Shown here piece by piece: positions 7,289-15,837 of a stretch of 64,000 bases of DNA. The DNA comes from a virus (taxonomy: Duplodnaviria; Heunggongvirae; Uroviricota; Caudoviricetes): IMG/VR virus record IMGVR_UViG_3300018432_000003, positions 19,394 through 83,393 of that record; one strand, 5' to 3'. Under the pieces are notes generated by a model. It was not told the origin of the DNA. It did not search any database and saw only the letters and a program-made list of their open reading frames with translations. The position numbers and the translations under genes were made by a program. How positions within the stretch are numbered: the first letter of the stretch is position 1; each line of letters starts with the position of its first letter.

Positions 7289-7583
7289 GCTTACGCATAC
7301 AGCATATGCGACGATTAGGGTTAATGACCCTAGGTATACTGAAAAACCTAGGTTCCTGCGTGCCGACGTTCTGAAGGCGCTGGCACTGATACACGCAACC
7401 CACAAGCAACTCTTTGGCGAGAAGTACGACGCCCCTTACGTTACAATCTACAAGGACAAGAAGAAGGTCACAATCAAGTACAGGTGGCCGCAGGATTGGA
7501 ACGGGCAAGACCCTATCTTTGGGGTTCTTCGGAAGGATGACATATACGAGCACGTCTTGGGGTTGGTGATGGATGGACGCTGA
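7281..7583 (+). CDS. hypothetical protein (100 aa)
   Basis: ORF, ATGGTTGA start-stop overlap. Confidence 0.45.
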   Translation: MVELTHTAYATIRVNDPRYTEKPRFLRADVLKALALIHATHKQLFGEKYDAPYVTIYKDKKKVTIKYRWPQDWNGQDPIFGVLRKDDIYEHVLGLVMDGR

Positions 7584-7890
7584 GAGGGCACAGACGTTCA
7601 GGGATACCATCAACGAGTATAGGGAGATACTGCTCACTAACGGAAAACCCAAGAAGGAAGAGAAGATTGAACTGTTCCTTAAATTCGACGAGACTTGGTA
7701 TGAGCCACTCTGCTTCGGGTACAACCTCATGGCCCCCTTCAACACGCCCCACCACATCAAGTCTCAGTGGCAGTTGGCTAAGGAAGTTGAGGAAGGTACG
7801 TTCTTCCTCTACCTCTCGCTAGGGTACGGGATTTGGATTGGACGTGAGCATCTGATGCACGCTATCGCAAACGCGGAGGATGAAGAATGA
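7573..7890 (+). CDS. hypothetical protein (105 aa)
   Basis: ORF. Confidence 0.45.
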   Translation: MDAERAQTFRDTINEYREILLTNGKPKKEEKIELFLKFDETWYEPLCFGYNLMAPFNTPHHIKSQWQLAKEVEEGTFFLYLSLGYGIWIGREHLMHAIANAEDEE

Positions 7891-8081
7891 TAGACCCGAT
7901 TAGTATTGATGATGCAGTTAACGACGCTATACGTTACATGAGAGATAACGAGGATGACATGTCTCAACGTCTTAACAGGGTTCTTAATGACCTCCTGCAC
8001 TCGATACACGTGCTGAAACTGCAACGGAAGGCGTTCGGTGATATGTACCTGGAGGAAGCTGAGAAGAATGAAAGGACTTGA
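7887..8081 (+). CDS. hypothetical protein (64 aa)
   Basis: ORF, 4-nt overlap with upstream. Confidence 0.4.
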   Translation: MIDPISIDDAVNDAIRYMRDNEDDMSQRLNRVLNDLLHSIHVLKLQRKAFGDMYLEEAEKNERT

Positions 8082-8388
8082 TATACTTGCAGCGCACATG
8101 GTGGGAGACTATATTCTCCAAACGAACGAAGAGGCAGTTGGCAAGACGGATTCACTTGTTCTACTTGCGAAGCACGTGGGTAAGTACACCCTCGCGCATG
8201 CCGTTGTGGGAGTGGTCCACGGACGTTCTCTCAGAAGAGGCATTGTCTATACTCTATCCGTTGGAGCCGTACATGCCATCACGGACTCCCGTAGGTGGGC
8301 TTCAGGACGCGAATGGCCCCCGAAACCCATCCTCGTTGACCAAGCACTGCATGCGGTGCAACTCGCAGCACTCGGAAGGTTGCTGTGA
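8068..8388 (+). CDS. hypothetical protein (106 aa)
   Basis: ATG 8068 (MKGLDIL...) preferred over overlapping R/S/P-rich alternative frame 8078-8395. Confidence 0.4.
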   Translation: MKGLDILAAHMVGDYILQTNEEAVGKTDSLVLLAKHVGKYTLAHAVVGVVHGRSLRRGIVYTLSVGAVHAITDSRRWASGREWPPKPILVDQALHAVQLAALGRLL

Positions 8389-8645
8389 TTACTAACACAG
8401 TAGACATGCTGATGGCAGAACCCTTCAAGATGCCTAGGGAGTATGCCCAGACGTACGGATACTACATCGACCAGATTGAGGAACGTCACCGTAACGACAT
8501 CCGTCACGTGGAGGAAGAGAAGAAAGAAGCCGACAAGAAAGCCCTAGAGTGGGAGAGATTGTACGACAGATTACTTACCAAAGTTGTAGAGTTGAGAGTC
8601 GAGAATAAGGTACTACAGAAGGAGTTGGAACAGTATGGCAATTAA
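8385..8645 (+). CDS. hypothetical coiled-coil protein (86 aa)
   Basis: ORF, charged heptad-like C-terminus. Confidence 0.45.
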   Translation: MITNTVDMLMAEPFKMPREYAQTYGYYIDQIEERHRNDIRHVEEEKKEADKKALEWERLYDRLLTKVVELRVENKVLQKELEQYGN

Positions 8646-8946
8646 CATTGAGTTCAACGCAGAGCAGACTCAGAGACTAGTGGATGCAGTGGAGAATGCC
8701 GCCTACGCATACGTGTACGCCACTGGTTACATGGGTCATGCACAGCAACTCATGGAACTTGAGAACGCCAAGAAAGGCCAGAGTTCCTATGCACTCAACG
8801 CTAGGGTTGATGCCAACAGCGAAGCATTCGTTAAGGCAACCCTCAATACGATAAAACAGATTATACAGGACCCTGAGTTTGATGAACTGACCAACCAGCA
8901 CATCGCAAAGAAGTTGGACTTCCAGAGTGAGGCAGCGAAGCGATGA
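8635..8946 (+). CDS. hypothetical protein (103 aa)
   Basis: ORF. Confidence 0.45.
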   Translation: MAINIEFNAEQTQRLVDAVENAAYAYVYATGYMGHAQQLMELENAKKGQSSYALNARVDANSEAFVKATLNTIKQIIQDPEFDELTNQHIAKKLDFQSEAAKR

Positions 8947-9197
8947 TTCTGTGTGATAACGGGTGTGGAACCGTTGTAGGCTCCACCGAAAACCCTTTTT
9001 ACCAACTAAGGGTCATTGATGCATTCGAATCTAGCGAGGCACACCACTTCTGCTCAGTAGGGTGCGCTTCTGATTGGTTGACCTTGACATCACAGGGGTT
9101 GAAGGCAATAAGGTGGGGGAATCTGCCTGGATTTGTATATGATTCGGGCACTGGTCAATATGAGGCCCGTTCTCGGGACCAAATGGTTACTGATTAG
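8943..9197 (+). CDS. small Cys-containing (putative zinc-binding) protein
   Basis: CDNGCG ... CSVGC motifs. Confidence 0.45.
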   Translation: MILCDNGCGTVVGSTENPFYQLRVIDAFESSEAHHFCSVGCASDWLTLTSQGLKAIRWGNLPGFVYDSGTGQYEARSRDQMVTD

Positions 9198-9233
9198 GAC
9201 TATACTTGGAATTCCATGTGAGAAAGGACTAGA

Positions 9234-9413
9234 ATGCCTAGAGATTCAACTAAGTACGGAGAGAACCCCGACGGCTCTCTGAAAGAGGGTGTGATTTTCC
9301 TAGACCCGACCGACGGCGAAGTGAAATCGGTACAGCCTGGGGAGAAGATTTGGTACCTTCATGGTGACCCCTTCACCGATGAACCGATACCGGATAGGGT
9401 CATCAAGGCTTAA
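9234..9413 (+). CDS. hypothetical small protein (59 aa)
   Basis: ATG after GAGAAAGGAC SD; below ORF-track cutoff. Confidence 0.35.
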   Translation: MPRDSTKYGENPDGSLKEGVIFLDPTDGEVKSVQPGEKIWYLHGDPFTDEPIPDRVIKA

Positions 9414-9889
9414 TGCCTCTTTGAAAAAACCTGTGGAGAGGTAGAGCATTCGTTGTAGGTATCAGGAAAAACTTAATGGGGGTGGGTGTATAGAATGGAC
9501 CTAGCCTTTGACATACTATGCCTCCCCTTGGGCTTTTTTACCCCCCCTACCCTTACTCAAACCGGGATACCTAAGCCACTCTGAGCGATTATGCGAACGG
9601 TTCTTGATTCGGTTGGAAGTATGCAATATACGGTAACATAGGAATGGTCTTTTGCCATAGTATGCGAGTTGGCAGTTCACTAGCCTCACCCAGAGTAATG
9701 AAACCCCACGAAATCCGCATACCTAAGCAACATATAGTCATCACTTGAAAAACATATAGTATCAGCATAATCCTAGCGTGATATCACGTACTATATGAAA
9801 TTAAAGTTCGAGCCTCACTCAACACGATGAGGCTAGACTGCCAGCATCGGTTTCATCGGTATCAGTGAGGCTATCATAACATCGCCTAT

Positions 9890-10075
9890 CATCTATACGC
9901 TTATCAGTATATATCAGTACATACCAACATATACGCTTAACAGTATGTATTGATGTATACGCTATATCGTATGTATATGTACTACCCTATGTATACGCTA
10001 TATCGTATGTATCTATAGCCCATGATGTATACGCTATACCGTATGTACTACCTATACGCTATACCGTATGTGTAC
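9890..10075. repeat. iteron array: ~6 direct copies (26-36 bp period) of dyad-symmetric core TATACGCT(A/T)TA(T/C)CGTATGTA
   Basis: Copies starting near 9894, 9930, 9956, 9992, 10027, 10053; core TACGCTATAYCGTA is an inverted repeat. Confidence 0.6.
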
Positions 10076-10133
10076 CCTTACTGTACTACCCTTACACTGT
10101 ACGTATACACTGTACAATACCCTTGATAACCCT

Positions 10134-10470
10134 TTGTTTTGCAATATCAAGAACTATTCCTATAATCGCTCTATCCCTGATACATATAGGCTATGATACT
10201 ACCGTTACACTTGACACTTTGTTTTGCAATTCGAGAGTAATAACTATTATTAGAATAGCTCAATCACTGATACTTATAGGCTATGATACTACCGTTACAG
10301 CTACCTTACCCTTGACAGATTGCGCCTATATTCCAAGAACAAGAACTATTCCTATAATCGCTCAACTTGGCTTATTTATCGGGAATAGTCCACTTTTACT
10401 ACCTTACTAGAATGATGTAACCCTTTACGGTGTAAGCTGAAATAAGAACTATTCGTGATTTCGCTCAATT
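10134..10470 (+). repeat. repeat cluster: TTGTTTTGCAAT (x3 + one at 10595), AAGAACTATTCCTATAATCGCT (x2 exact + variant), GATAC(A/T)TATAGGCTATGATACTACCGTTACA (x2)
   Basis: Direct repeats read from sequence; two copies form TTGCAA/TTCCAA-N16-TATAAT promoter-like units (10139-10166, 10331-10358). Confidence 0.55.
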
Positions 10471-11423
10471 CCCCCATTCTATCAGCATTCTGCCCACATC
10501 GCCGCTTGTAACATCATCGGGCTAGAAAAAAAGTTTGAAAGATTTCTCAAAAAGGCCGGATTTCAAGCCTATAGCGGCATCTGAGGCCATTTTGTTTTGC
10601 AATTCGGCCCTGCAAAAAGTGCTGTTTTGGCTTGTAACACCTTGCGGCATCCCGATTCTAGCTTTAAGGTTATACCCATGAAGTTGAGGCCGAGAGGGAC
10701 TCGGCGGCGAGGAAAGCGCCTAGACGCGAGAGCGAAGAACTTTCCGCTTGAAAATTGAATAGAGAGCGAATCGCCCGCAGGGAAGAAATTAAGCCCGCCA
10801 GCGGTACACTCCAAAGGGTTGAATAGCCCAAAGGTAACGCTCTCCCGGATGTTCAGCATAGGCGGCTGAAATAGGGTTGAAAGCCCGCTCACGTAGCGTC
10901 GTCACTGTTTAGCCTAGTGTGGCACATCTTAACGGGAGAACGCTCACGATAGCCCGCAAGCGCCACGGCGCAAGCGGTACCAGCATCGGCCAAGTAAGCT
11001 AAGAAATCACCGCTTGTAACAAAGAGGTTACAAAGAGGTACAAGCGGTTCAATCGGGAGAGCTAAAGGGTTAACGGTAGCTGATACCTAAGCGGTTCGTG
11101 GGAATGTAACCCTACGCAAAGGGTACAGTCTAAATCTCTATTCAAGGGTTACCTAATGTGGCTGGTAAGCACTTAGGGATACGGTAAAGGGTAACCCAAA
11201 ACATAGCGCCACGAACGGTTTTTAACCGCATTCTCGGAACGGTCTAGCGGCATGCTCCCGTTACTGTGGCGCGAAAAATGGGTGACGTTCGCCCAACATA
11301 GTCCCGAAAATCCCCAAGTAACTCCAGTTACTATATCCCACACTGATACGGTCCTACGGTAGTAATACCGTGGCACTTTTGCTCCCGTGGCACGGTATCA
11401 GTGCATGCTTCACAGTAACGTCT

Positions 11424-11699
11424 GAGGCGGAGCTATGTCCAATGTCCTCAGTTGCAGTACTTGATTGGCGCGGCCTTCGTACCCGCGCAAGGCGGAGCTA
11501 TGCAACAAATTAAGCAAGCATGCAGTACCGTAGGTACTCCGAAAGGCGGCACGGAGGATAATCCGTCGCATCTTTACACGTAAGGCGTGCGCATTCGGTT
11601 GGATGCCGAAAACGGCCATGTTCAATCATGGTGGCGAACCCGTTCGACTCGGGTATGCGTACCTACGCGCTCGTGGGTGGTCCACGAGGCGGAGCTATG
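11424..11699 (+). repeat. three copies of AGGCGGAGCTATG each preceded by a GC-rich palindrome, in a ~65% GC island
   Basis: Copies at 11424-11437, 11489-11502, 11686-11699. Confidence 0.5.
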
Positions 11700-11726
11700 C
11701 CCTAAAAGGGCAGAAAGGAGGGCCTC

Positions 11727-12143
11727 ATGGCTCTCAAGAACATCGAGGTTGCGGACCAGGGCACGAAGGTCGTTCTGTTCCCGAAGGCGAAGGAAGCGGG
11801 CACGCGGTTCACGCTCAACGCGAGCGAGAGCAAGCAGCTTCGCGCCCACGTCGCCCGCTACGTGGAGGCCGACTCCCGCGAGTTGCCGTACAACGACCGG
11901 CTTTCCGCCAACAAGCGCGTTGGCCTCAAGCGCAACAACGGCCTGCTCACGGGCGAGAACGCCCACGTGCTGGAGGCGCTCATGGCGGCGAAGGCTCGCG
12001 CCACGGGTAACGCCCCCGCGCAGTCCACGCCTGAGCCGCAGGCTGTCGCCGCTGGCAGCGGTCCTCGCAAGCGCACGAACAGCGACTTGACGAAGATGAC
12101 GAAGGCCGACTTGGTGAAGCTCATCCAGAAGCTCCAGTCGTAG
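11727..12143 (+). CDS. Ala/Arg-rich protein with C-terminal HeH/Rho-N-like motif (putative DNA binding)
   Basis: Strong SD AAAGGAGGG-ATG; C-terminus LTKMTKADLVKLIQKLQS; GC ~65% vs ~50% flanks. Confidence 0.5.
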   Translation: MALKNIEVADQGTKVVLFPKAKEAGTRFTLNASESKQLRAHVARYVEADSRELPYNDRLSANKRVGLKRNNGLLTGENAHVLEALMAAKARATGNAPAQSTPEPQAVAAGSGPRKRTNSDLTKMTKADLVKLIQKLQS

Positions 12144-12484
12144 CAACACGCACACGGGTGGTGCCCCGCGCATTGTGGGGCACTTCCCTCCCAACCGAAA
12201 GGATGCATCATGCAGATTCCCGCTCAGGAAGCCGCGTACACGTACTGCCGCACGGGTGTATGGATGGCATGGCTCGACGAGATGCCGATGTCGTACATGA
12301 AAGCGTTCTGGATGTGGGTCGATTCCTACGTGTAGACGCGCACGTTTTGGGGAAATTTCAACCGAAGCAAGGGGGTATGTTTTGAGGCATGCAACGCGGG
12401 AACGCAGGCACCCGCTAGGGGGTACGGGTAGGCGTCCGAACCGCATCTGGCGGGCACGTAGAGTGTTCAGCTACCGTTACAAGA

Positions 12485-12817
12485 ATGGGTTTTTCTTCTA
12501 GGAAGGTAGGGGGTATGCCTAACAAGCATGGGAGCAAGTGGATTCGCCCTGCAAAGCGCAGGCGCATATACGAGCGGGATGCATGGGAATGCTGCTACTG
12601 CTCGAAAAATCTGCACTTCGAGGTCGCGTCATCCCGCGAGAGGACGCTTGACCACATCGTGCCACGTGTACAAGGGGGTTCCAACGCAGAGACAAACCTC
12701 GTGACGGCATGCATAACGTGTAACAGCGCACGCGCTGACCGCGAACTGCCGAGCGAATTACTGGAAAAAGCCCTCGCATGGGCGGGGGTATGTCTACCGG
12801 GAGAGGCGGTTGCATGA
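12485..12817 (+). CDS. HNH endonuclease
   Basis: CxxC...LDHIVPRVQGGSNAETNLVTACITCNSAR; alternative start 12515 after AGGGGGT. Confidence 0.7.
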   Translation: MGFSSRKVGGMPNKHGSKWIRPAKRRRIYERDAWECCYCSKNLHFEVASSRERTLDHIVPRVQGGSNAETNLVTACITCNSARADRELPSELLEKALAWAGVCLPGEAVA

Positions 12818-13119
12818 TGCATTGCTTCGTGTGTGGTGAGGACAGCGCAGAACTGAAAGTCGATGGTGGTTGGAACAGGCACATCCATGCAGAATGCAAG
12901 GGGGTCTATCCGCTCGCGCAGGAGTATGCGGAGAGGTACACGTACCAGGAGACAGAGCAGGACGACGCCGTGCTGTATGGCATGGAGAAAGCCGCGCAGT
13001 TGATGGGGGTAGACTGGAACACTGAGGTAATCACGACGAGCCTACGCCTTGAGAACATGGCATACAACGAGTGGCGCAACGAGTCCATCGAAGAAAAACT
13101 CGCCAAAGGGGGTTGGTAG
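12790..13119 (+). CDS. hypothetical Cys-rich protein
   Basis: ATG after GGGGGT (track start 12778); CFVCGE ... HAEC. Confidence 0.45.
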   Translation: MSTGRGGCMMHCFVCGEDSAELKVDGGWNRHIHAECKGVYPLAQEYAERYTYQETEQDDAVLYGMEKAAQLMGVDWNTEVITTSLRLENMAYNEWRNESIEEKLAKGGW

Positions 13120-13120
13120 C

Positions 13121-13312
13121 ATGCACGAAACAGCCGACAGATTGATGCAACTGGCGGAGCAGAACGCACAGTGCGCCGTGAACAGGCTGCACGAACTCAA
13201 CAACCGAGTGTTCATCGTACCGGAGGAAGAACTCAGGAATGCGTTGGAGGACGTGCGTCGTGCAGAGCACCAGATACAGGGCGTCCTGTACATGATTGAA
13301 GGGGGTAGGTAA
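13121..13312 (+). CDS. hypothetical small protein (63 aa)
   Basis: ATG 13121 after AGGGGGTTGGTAGC (track frame starts 13049). Confidence 0.4.
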   Translation: MHETADRLMQLAEQNAQCAVNRLHELNNRVFIVPEEELRNALEDVRRAEHQIQGVLYMIEGGR

Positions 13313-13608
13313 TGCAGTTCAAGGACATCCCGAGTTACAGTGACCGTCTACGTCTACGTCAGGGCACGGTCGTCAGCGAGAACGGAGAGTCGTTGCTCGT
13401 CAGCACGATAGAGGTACCAGAGCCGTCCGAGTACGGGGGTTTCCGGTACGAGAGTGCAATCCTACTATGCGACGAGCAGGGGTTCGTACCTAGCTTCCCA
13501 GACACGAGGAAGGACATACTCCACTACATACGCACGAACGACGAGTTCGCAGCGAAGCTGTACCACATCGCCAACAAGCACAACGCGGCAGACCTGATAA
13601 GGGGGTAG
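13312..13608 (+). CDS. hypothetical protein (98 aa)
   Basis: GAAGGGGGTAGGTA-ATG, start overlaps upstream stop. Confidence 0.5.
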   Translation: MQFKDIPSYSDRLRLRQGTVVSENGESLLVSTIEVPEPSEYGGFRYESAILLCDEQGFVPSFPDTRKDILHYIRTNDEFAAKLYHIANKHNAADLIRG

Positions 13609-13612
13609 CAAC

Positions 13613-13783
13613 ATGACGTTCGTAATCGTCGAGTTCGACAAGGACACCATGCAGCAGAGGAACACGCGCCTAGAGTGCATGCTAATCCATGCAGCGTGGC
13701 GCATCGCCTCAACCATGAACAGGAACGAGAGGCGGAACGGCAACCGCAAGGCGTACACAATCCAGGCGTACTCATACGCATAG
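13613..13783 (+). CDS. hypothetical small protein (56 aa)
   Basis: AAGGGGGTAGCAAC-ATG; below track cutoff. Confidence 0.35.
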   Translation: MTFVIVEFDKDTMQQRNTRLECMLIHAAWRIASTMNRNERRNGNRKAYTIQAYSYA

Positions 13784-13793
13784 GGGGTTAGAC

Positions 13794-14066
13794 ATGCACC
13801 GCAGGGACTACGAAATCATGGACAGGGAAGGATGCACGTGCTGTGTATTTGACCCGTTCGTGATGGTTACACATCCACGCACAGGTGAAGTCGTAGACAC
13901 ATTCCCTGTGAATGTATGCGACAGAGGCGCAACGCTACGCTTGGCAGCAGGGTTGTTGGGCAGCAAGGTAGACAGTGCAGAAACCGTAGGCGAGAGGGAT
14001 GAGAGGCTGGAGAGGTTCTTCAAAGCACGTCACGCATACTTCGACCATGTACGGTACGGGAGGTAG
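13794..14066 (+). CDS. hypothetical protein (90 aa)
   Basis: TAGGGGGTTAGAC-ATG. Confidence 0.5.
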   Translation: MHRRDYEIMDREGCTCCVFDPFVMVTHPRTGEVVDTFPVNVCDRGATLRLAAGLLGSKVDSAETVGERDERLERFFKARHAYFDHVRYGR

Positions 14067-14133
14067 TCATGTGGGTAAGGGAACGAAGGGTTAACGGTTC
14101 GTGCGTGTTCTACGTCAGGGTTTGGAGGAAGGC

Positions 14134-14406
14134 ATGATTAGGGAAGCACACGAAGATTCACGCGACTTCGAAGGGATAAGCATGACCCCGGAGGATGTAC
14201 TCATCGGTTTCGTCACTGAACTAGAGAGCGGCATGCTTGCGAACGCGGTACTCGTGGCCGACAGCATGGGGGTTCGCTTGAACCTCACGAAGTACAGCAC
14301 AGTCATGGACATCGCCGCCCAGGTAATCGACGGCCTCGAAGAAATAGATGCATGGCGTGAGGCTGGCTACTGGCGTCGTAACTTCAACGTGATGGGGTGG
14401 CTGTAA
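14134..14406 (+). CDS. hypothetical acidic protein (90 aa)
   Basis: ATG 14134 after GGAGGAAGG (track start 14101). Confidence 0.45.
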   Translation: MIREAHEDSRDFEGISMTPEDVLIGFVTELESGMLANAVLVADSMGVRLNLTKYSTVMDIAAQVIDGLEEIDAWREAGYWRRNFNVMGWL

Positions 14407-14430
14407 CGTGCGCAGAGTATACAAGGTAAT

Positions 14431-14709
14431 GTGCTTGACCCGTGCAGTCATACGCATGGGTCGCATGACAGTACAATGGAAGGTAGGGGCATGAACGACA
14501 AGGTAATTCTGGACACGCAACGCCTGAACAACATCGTAGTAGAGTGTACAGCGAACATAGTCGTGGACGGCGAGGATGTAAGGCTGAGCGTAATGTCCTT
14601 CGGTGAAGGTGAGGTTGGTACGGAGAACGCATTCGGTAAGATGGAAAAGATACTCCCGAGCATAATGGGCGTCAAGTTCCAAGAGGTCGAAATTGTGAGG
14701 GTATACTAA
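14431..14709 (+). CDS. hypothetical protein (alt starts 14476/14491)
   Basis: ORF; internal ATG 14491 has better SD (AAGGTAGGGG). Confidence 0.4.
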   Translation: MLDPCSHTHGSHDSTMEGRGMNDKVILDTQRLNNIVVECTANIVVDGEDVRLSVMSFGEGEVGTENAFGKMEKILPSIMGVKFQEVEIVRVY

Positions 14710-14966
14710 TGCCTGACGTATTGATGGTAGCACACGACATAACGGAAGCATACCGTAAAGGCCACGAACTCCAACTGCAAGTGTGCATGGATGGGGGTTT
14801 CATTGACCTCTACAACATCACCACTGGCGAGCCTGTAACATCCTGGTCGGACGAGGAAATCATAGAGTACCAGGATGCAGAGAACAGGCTCCTACTCGCA
14901 GACATAATGCACACTGCGATAGAGTACGACGTGCCAATCAAGGTAGTGACGTGGGAGCAGACGTAA
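14709..14966 (+). CDS. hypothetical acidic protein (85 aa)
   Basis: ORF, TAATG overlap. Confidence 0.45.
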   Translation: MPDVLMVAHDITEAYRKGHELQLQVCMDGGFIDLYNITTGEPVTSWSDEEIIEYQDAENRLLLADIMHTAIEYDVPIKVVTWEQT

Positions 14967-14970
14967 AGGA

Positions 14971-15294
14971 GTGAATGTGAAATCTTCCCTAACAAAAATT
15001 GCGATTCTCATAATGGCGGCAACGCTGGCAATCACATTGCTGGCATACGTGCAGGAGGCCAACACCGCAACATTCCAAGACCGTTACATCATCTCGGCGG
15101 AGACATACAAGCAAGTCGTACCGACGAAGTACGGCAAGATTTATCGTCACGTCAAGCGTCACGACAAGAGTGCGGCGAGGACTATGGTTGACGCCGCGAG
15201 GGATGTATGCAAGAACACGGTCAATCGTGCGGTGTTCGTACAGCCAGGGAGTGAAAGCAATCACCCTGACTTCGACTGCTACACACGATTCTAA
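14971..15294 (+). CDS. secreted/membrane-anchored protein (N-terminal signal-like helix)
   Basis: GTG start after AAGGAG; LTKIAILIMAATLAITLLAYV hydrophobic N-terminus. Confidence 0.45.
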   Translation: MNVKSSLTKIAILIMAATLAITLLAYVQEANTATFQDRYIISAETYKQVVPTKYGKIYRHVKRHDKSAARTMVDAARDVCKNTVNRAVFVQPGSESNHPDFDCYTRF

Positions 15295-15462
15295 GGAGGA
15301 AGCATGACAGCATTCTACATTGCAATCTACCTCAACGAGTACAAAGGGGGTCAGGTAGGCCCCACGATATGGGCGAACACACTTGATGAGGCCCAACGTA
15401 AAGCAGAGAGCATGTTCGGCAACATCCCGGTGGTTGCCTGCTACGCATAATTATGCAGAAAG

Positions 15463-15837
15463 GTGAATAGAATGATTGACGAGCGCCTGTTCGGTTGGAC
15501 TGACGAGCAATGGAAGGAATGGAAGAAGCTCTGGCGTGAGAACGGTGCATACCTCGGAGACAGCAGGCGCAAGATGAGTGACGAGGAACGTGCAGAGTGG
15601 TACAGGAAGCAGGACGAAGTGACTGAGCGCAACCGTAGGGTAGAGCGTGCGTTGGAGGCTAAAGAGCAGGGGTTGGTAGGGAACAGCTACAGCGAGACTA
15701 CGCACGACAGGTTCTACGGGATTATACGTGAGAGTGAGCGTGTGATGGTACTGACCCCTGAACAGGAGGAAACGGCACAGAAATTCAACAGATGGTTGGA
15801 GCATGTTGAGGATGCAAGCGAAGTGACGGGAGAGTGA
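15463..15837 (+). CDS. hypothetical charged helical protein (124 aa)
   Basis: ORF. Confidence 0.5.
   Translation: MNRMIDERLFGWTDEQWKEWKKLWRENGAYLGDSRRKMSDEERAEWYRKQDEVTERNRRVERALEAKEQGLVGNSYSETTHDRFYGIIRESERVMVLTPEQEETAQKFNRWLEHVEDASEVTGE

Noticed and set aside
8078-8395. Alternative-frame ORF (MIYLQRTWW...)
   Set aside because: R/S/T/P-rich and overlaps the better-supported 8068-8388 frame.
10123-10410. 95-aa + ORF inside the repeat cluster
   Set aside because: It is composed almost entirely of translated repeat units (..IPIIA..IGYDTTVT.. duplicated) with no SD, so it is an artefact of repeats.
9890-10470. CRISPR array
   Set aside because: Repeats are irregularly spaced, internally dyad-symmetric and AT-rich, with no unique spacers of uniform length and no cas genes. 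Iterons or promoter repeats explain them better.
10569-11625. Minus-strand ORFs 10569-10892, 11173-11376, 11410-11625
   Set aside because: No SD, odd composition, isolated in an otherwise + strand region; the region is treated as non-coding.
12158-12385. 75-aa + ORF in the GC island
   Set aside because: His/Arg/Ser-rich composition typical of a GC-rich off-frame. A 41-aa alternative frame (12209-12334) looks more protein-like but is too short to call.
11622-12446. 274-aa minus-strand ORF antisense to the HeH protein gene
   Set aside because: The GC-rich island inflates ORF length on all frames. The sequence is Arg/Leu/Ala-rich low complexity with no start context, while the + strand gene has a strong SD.
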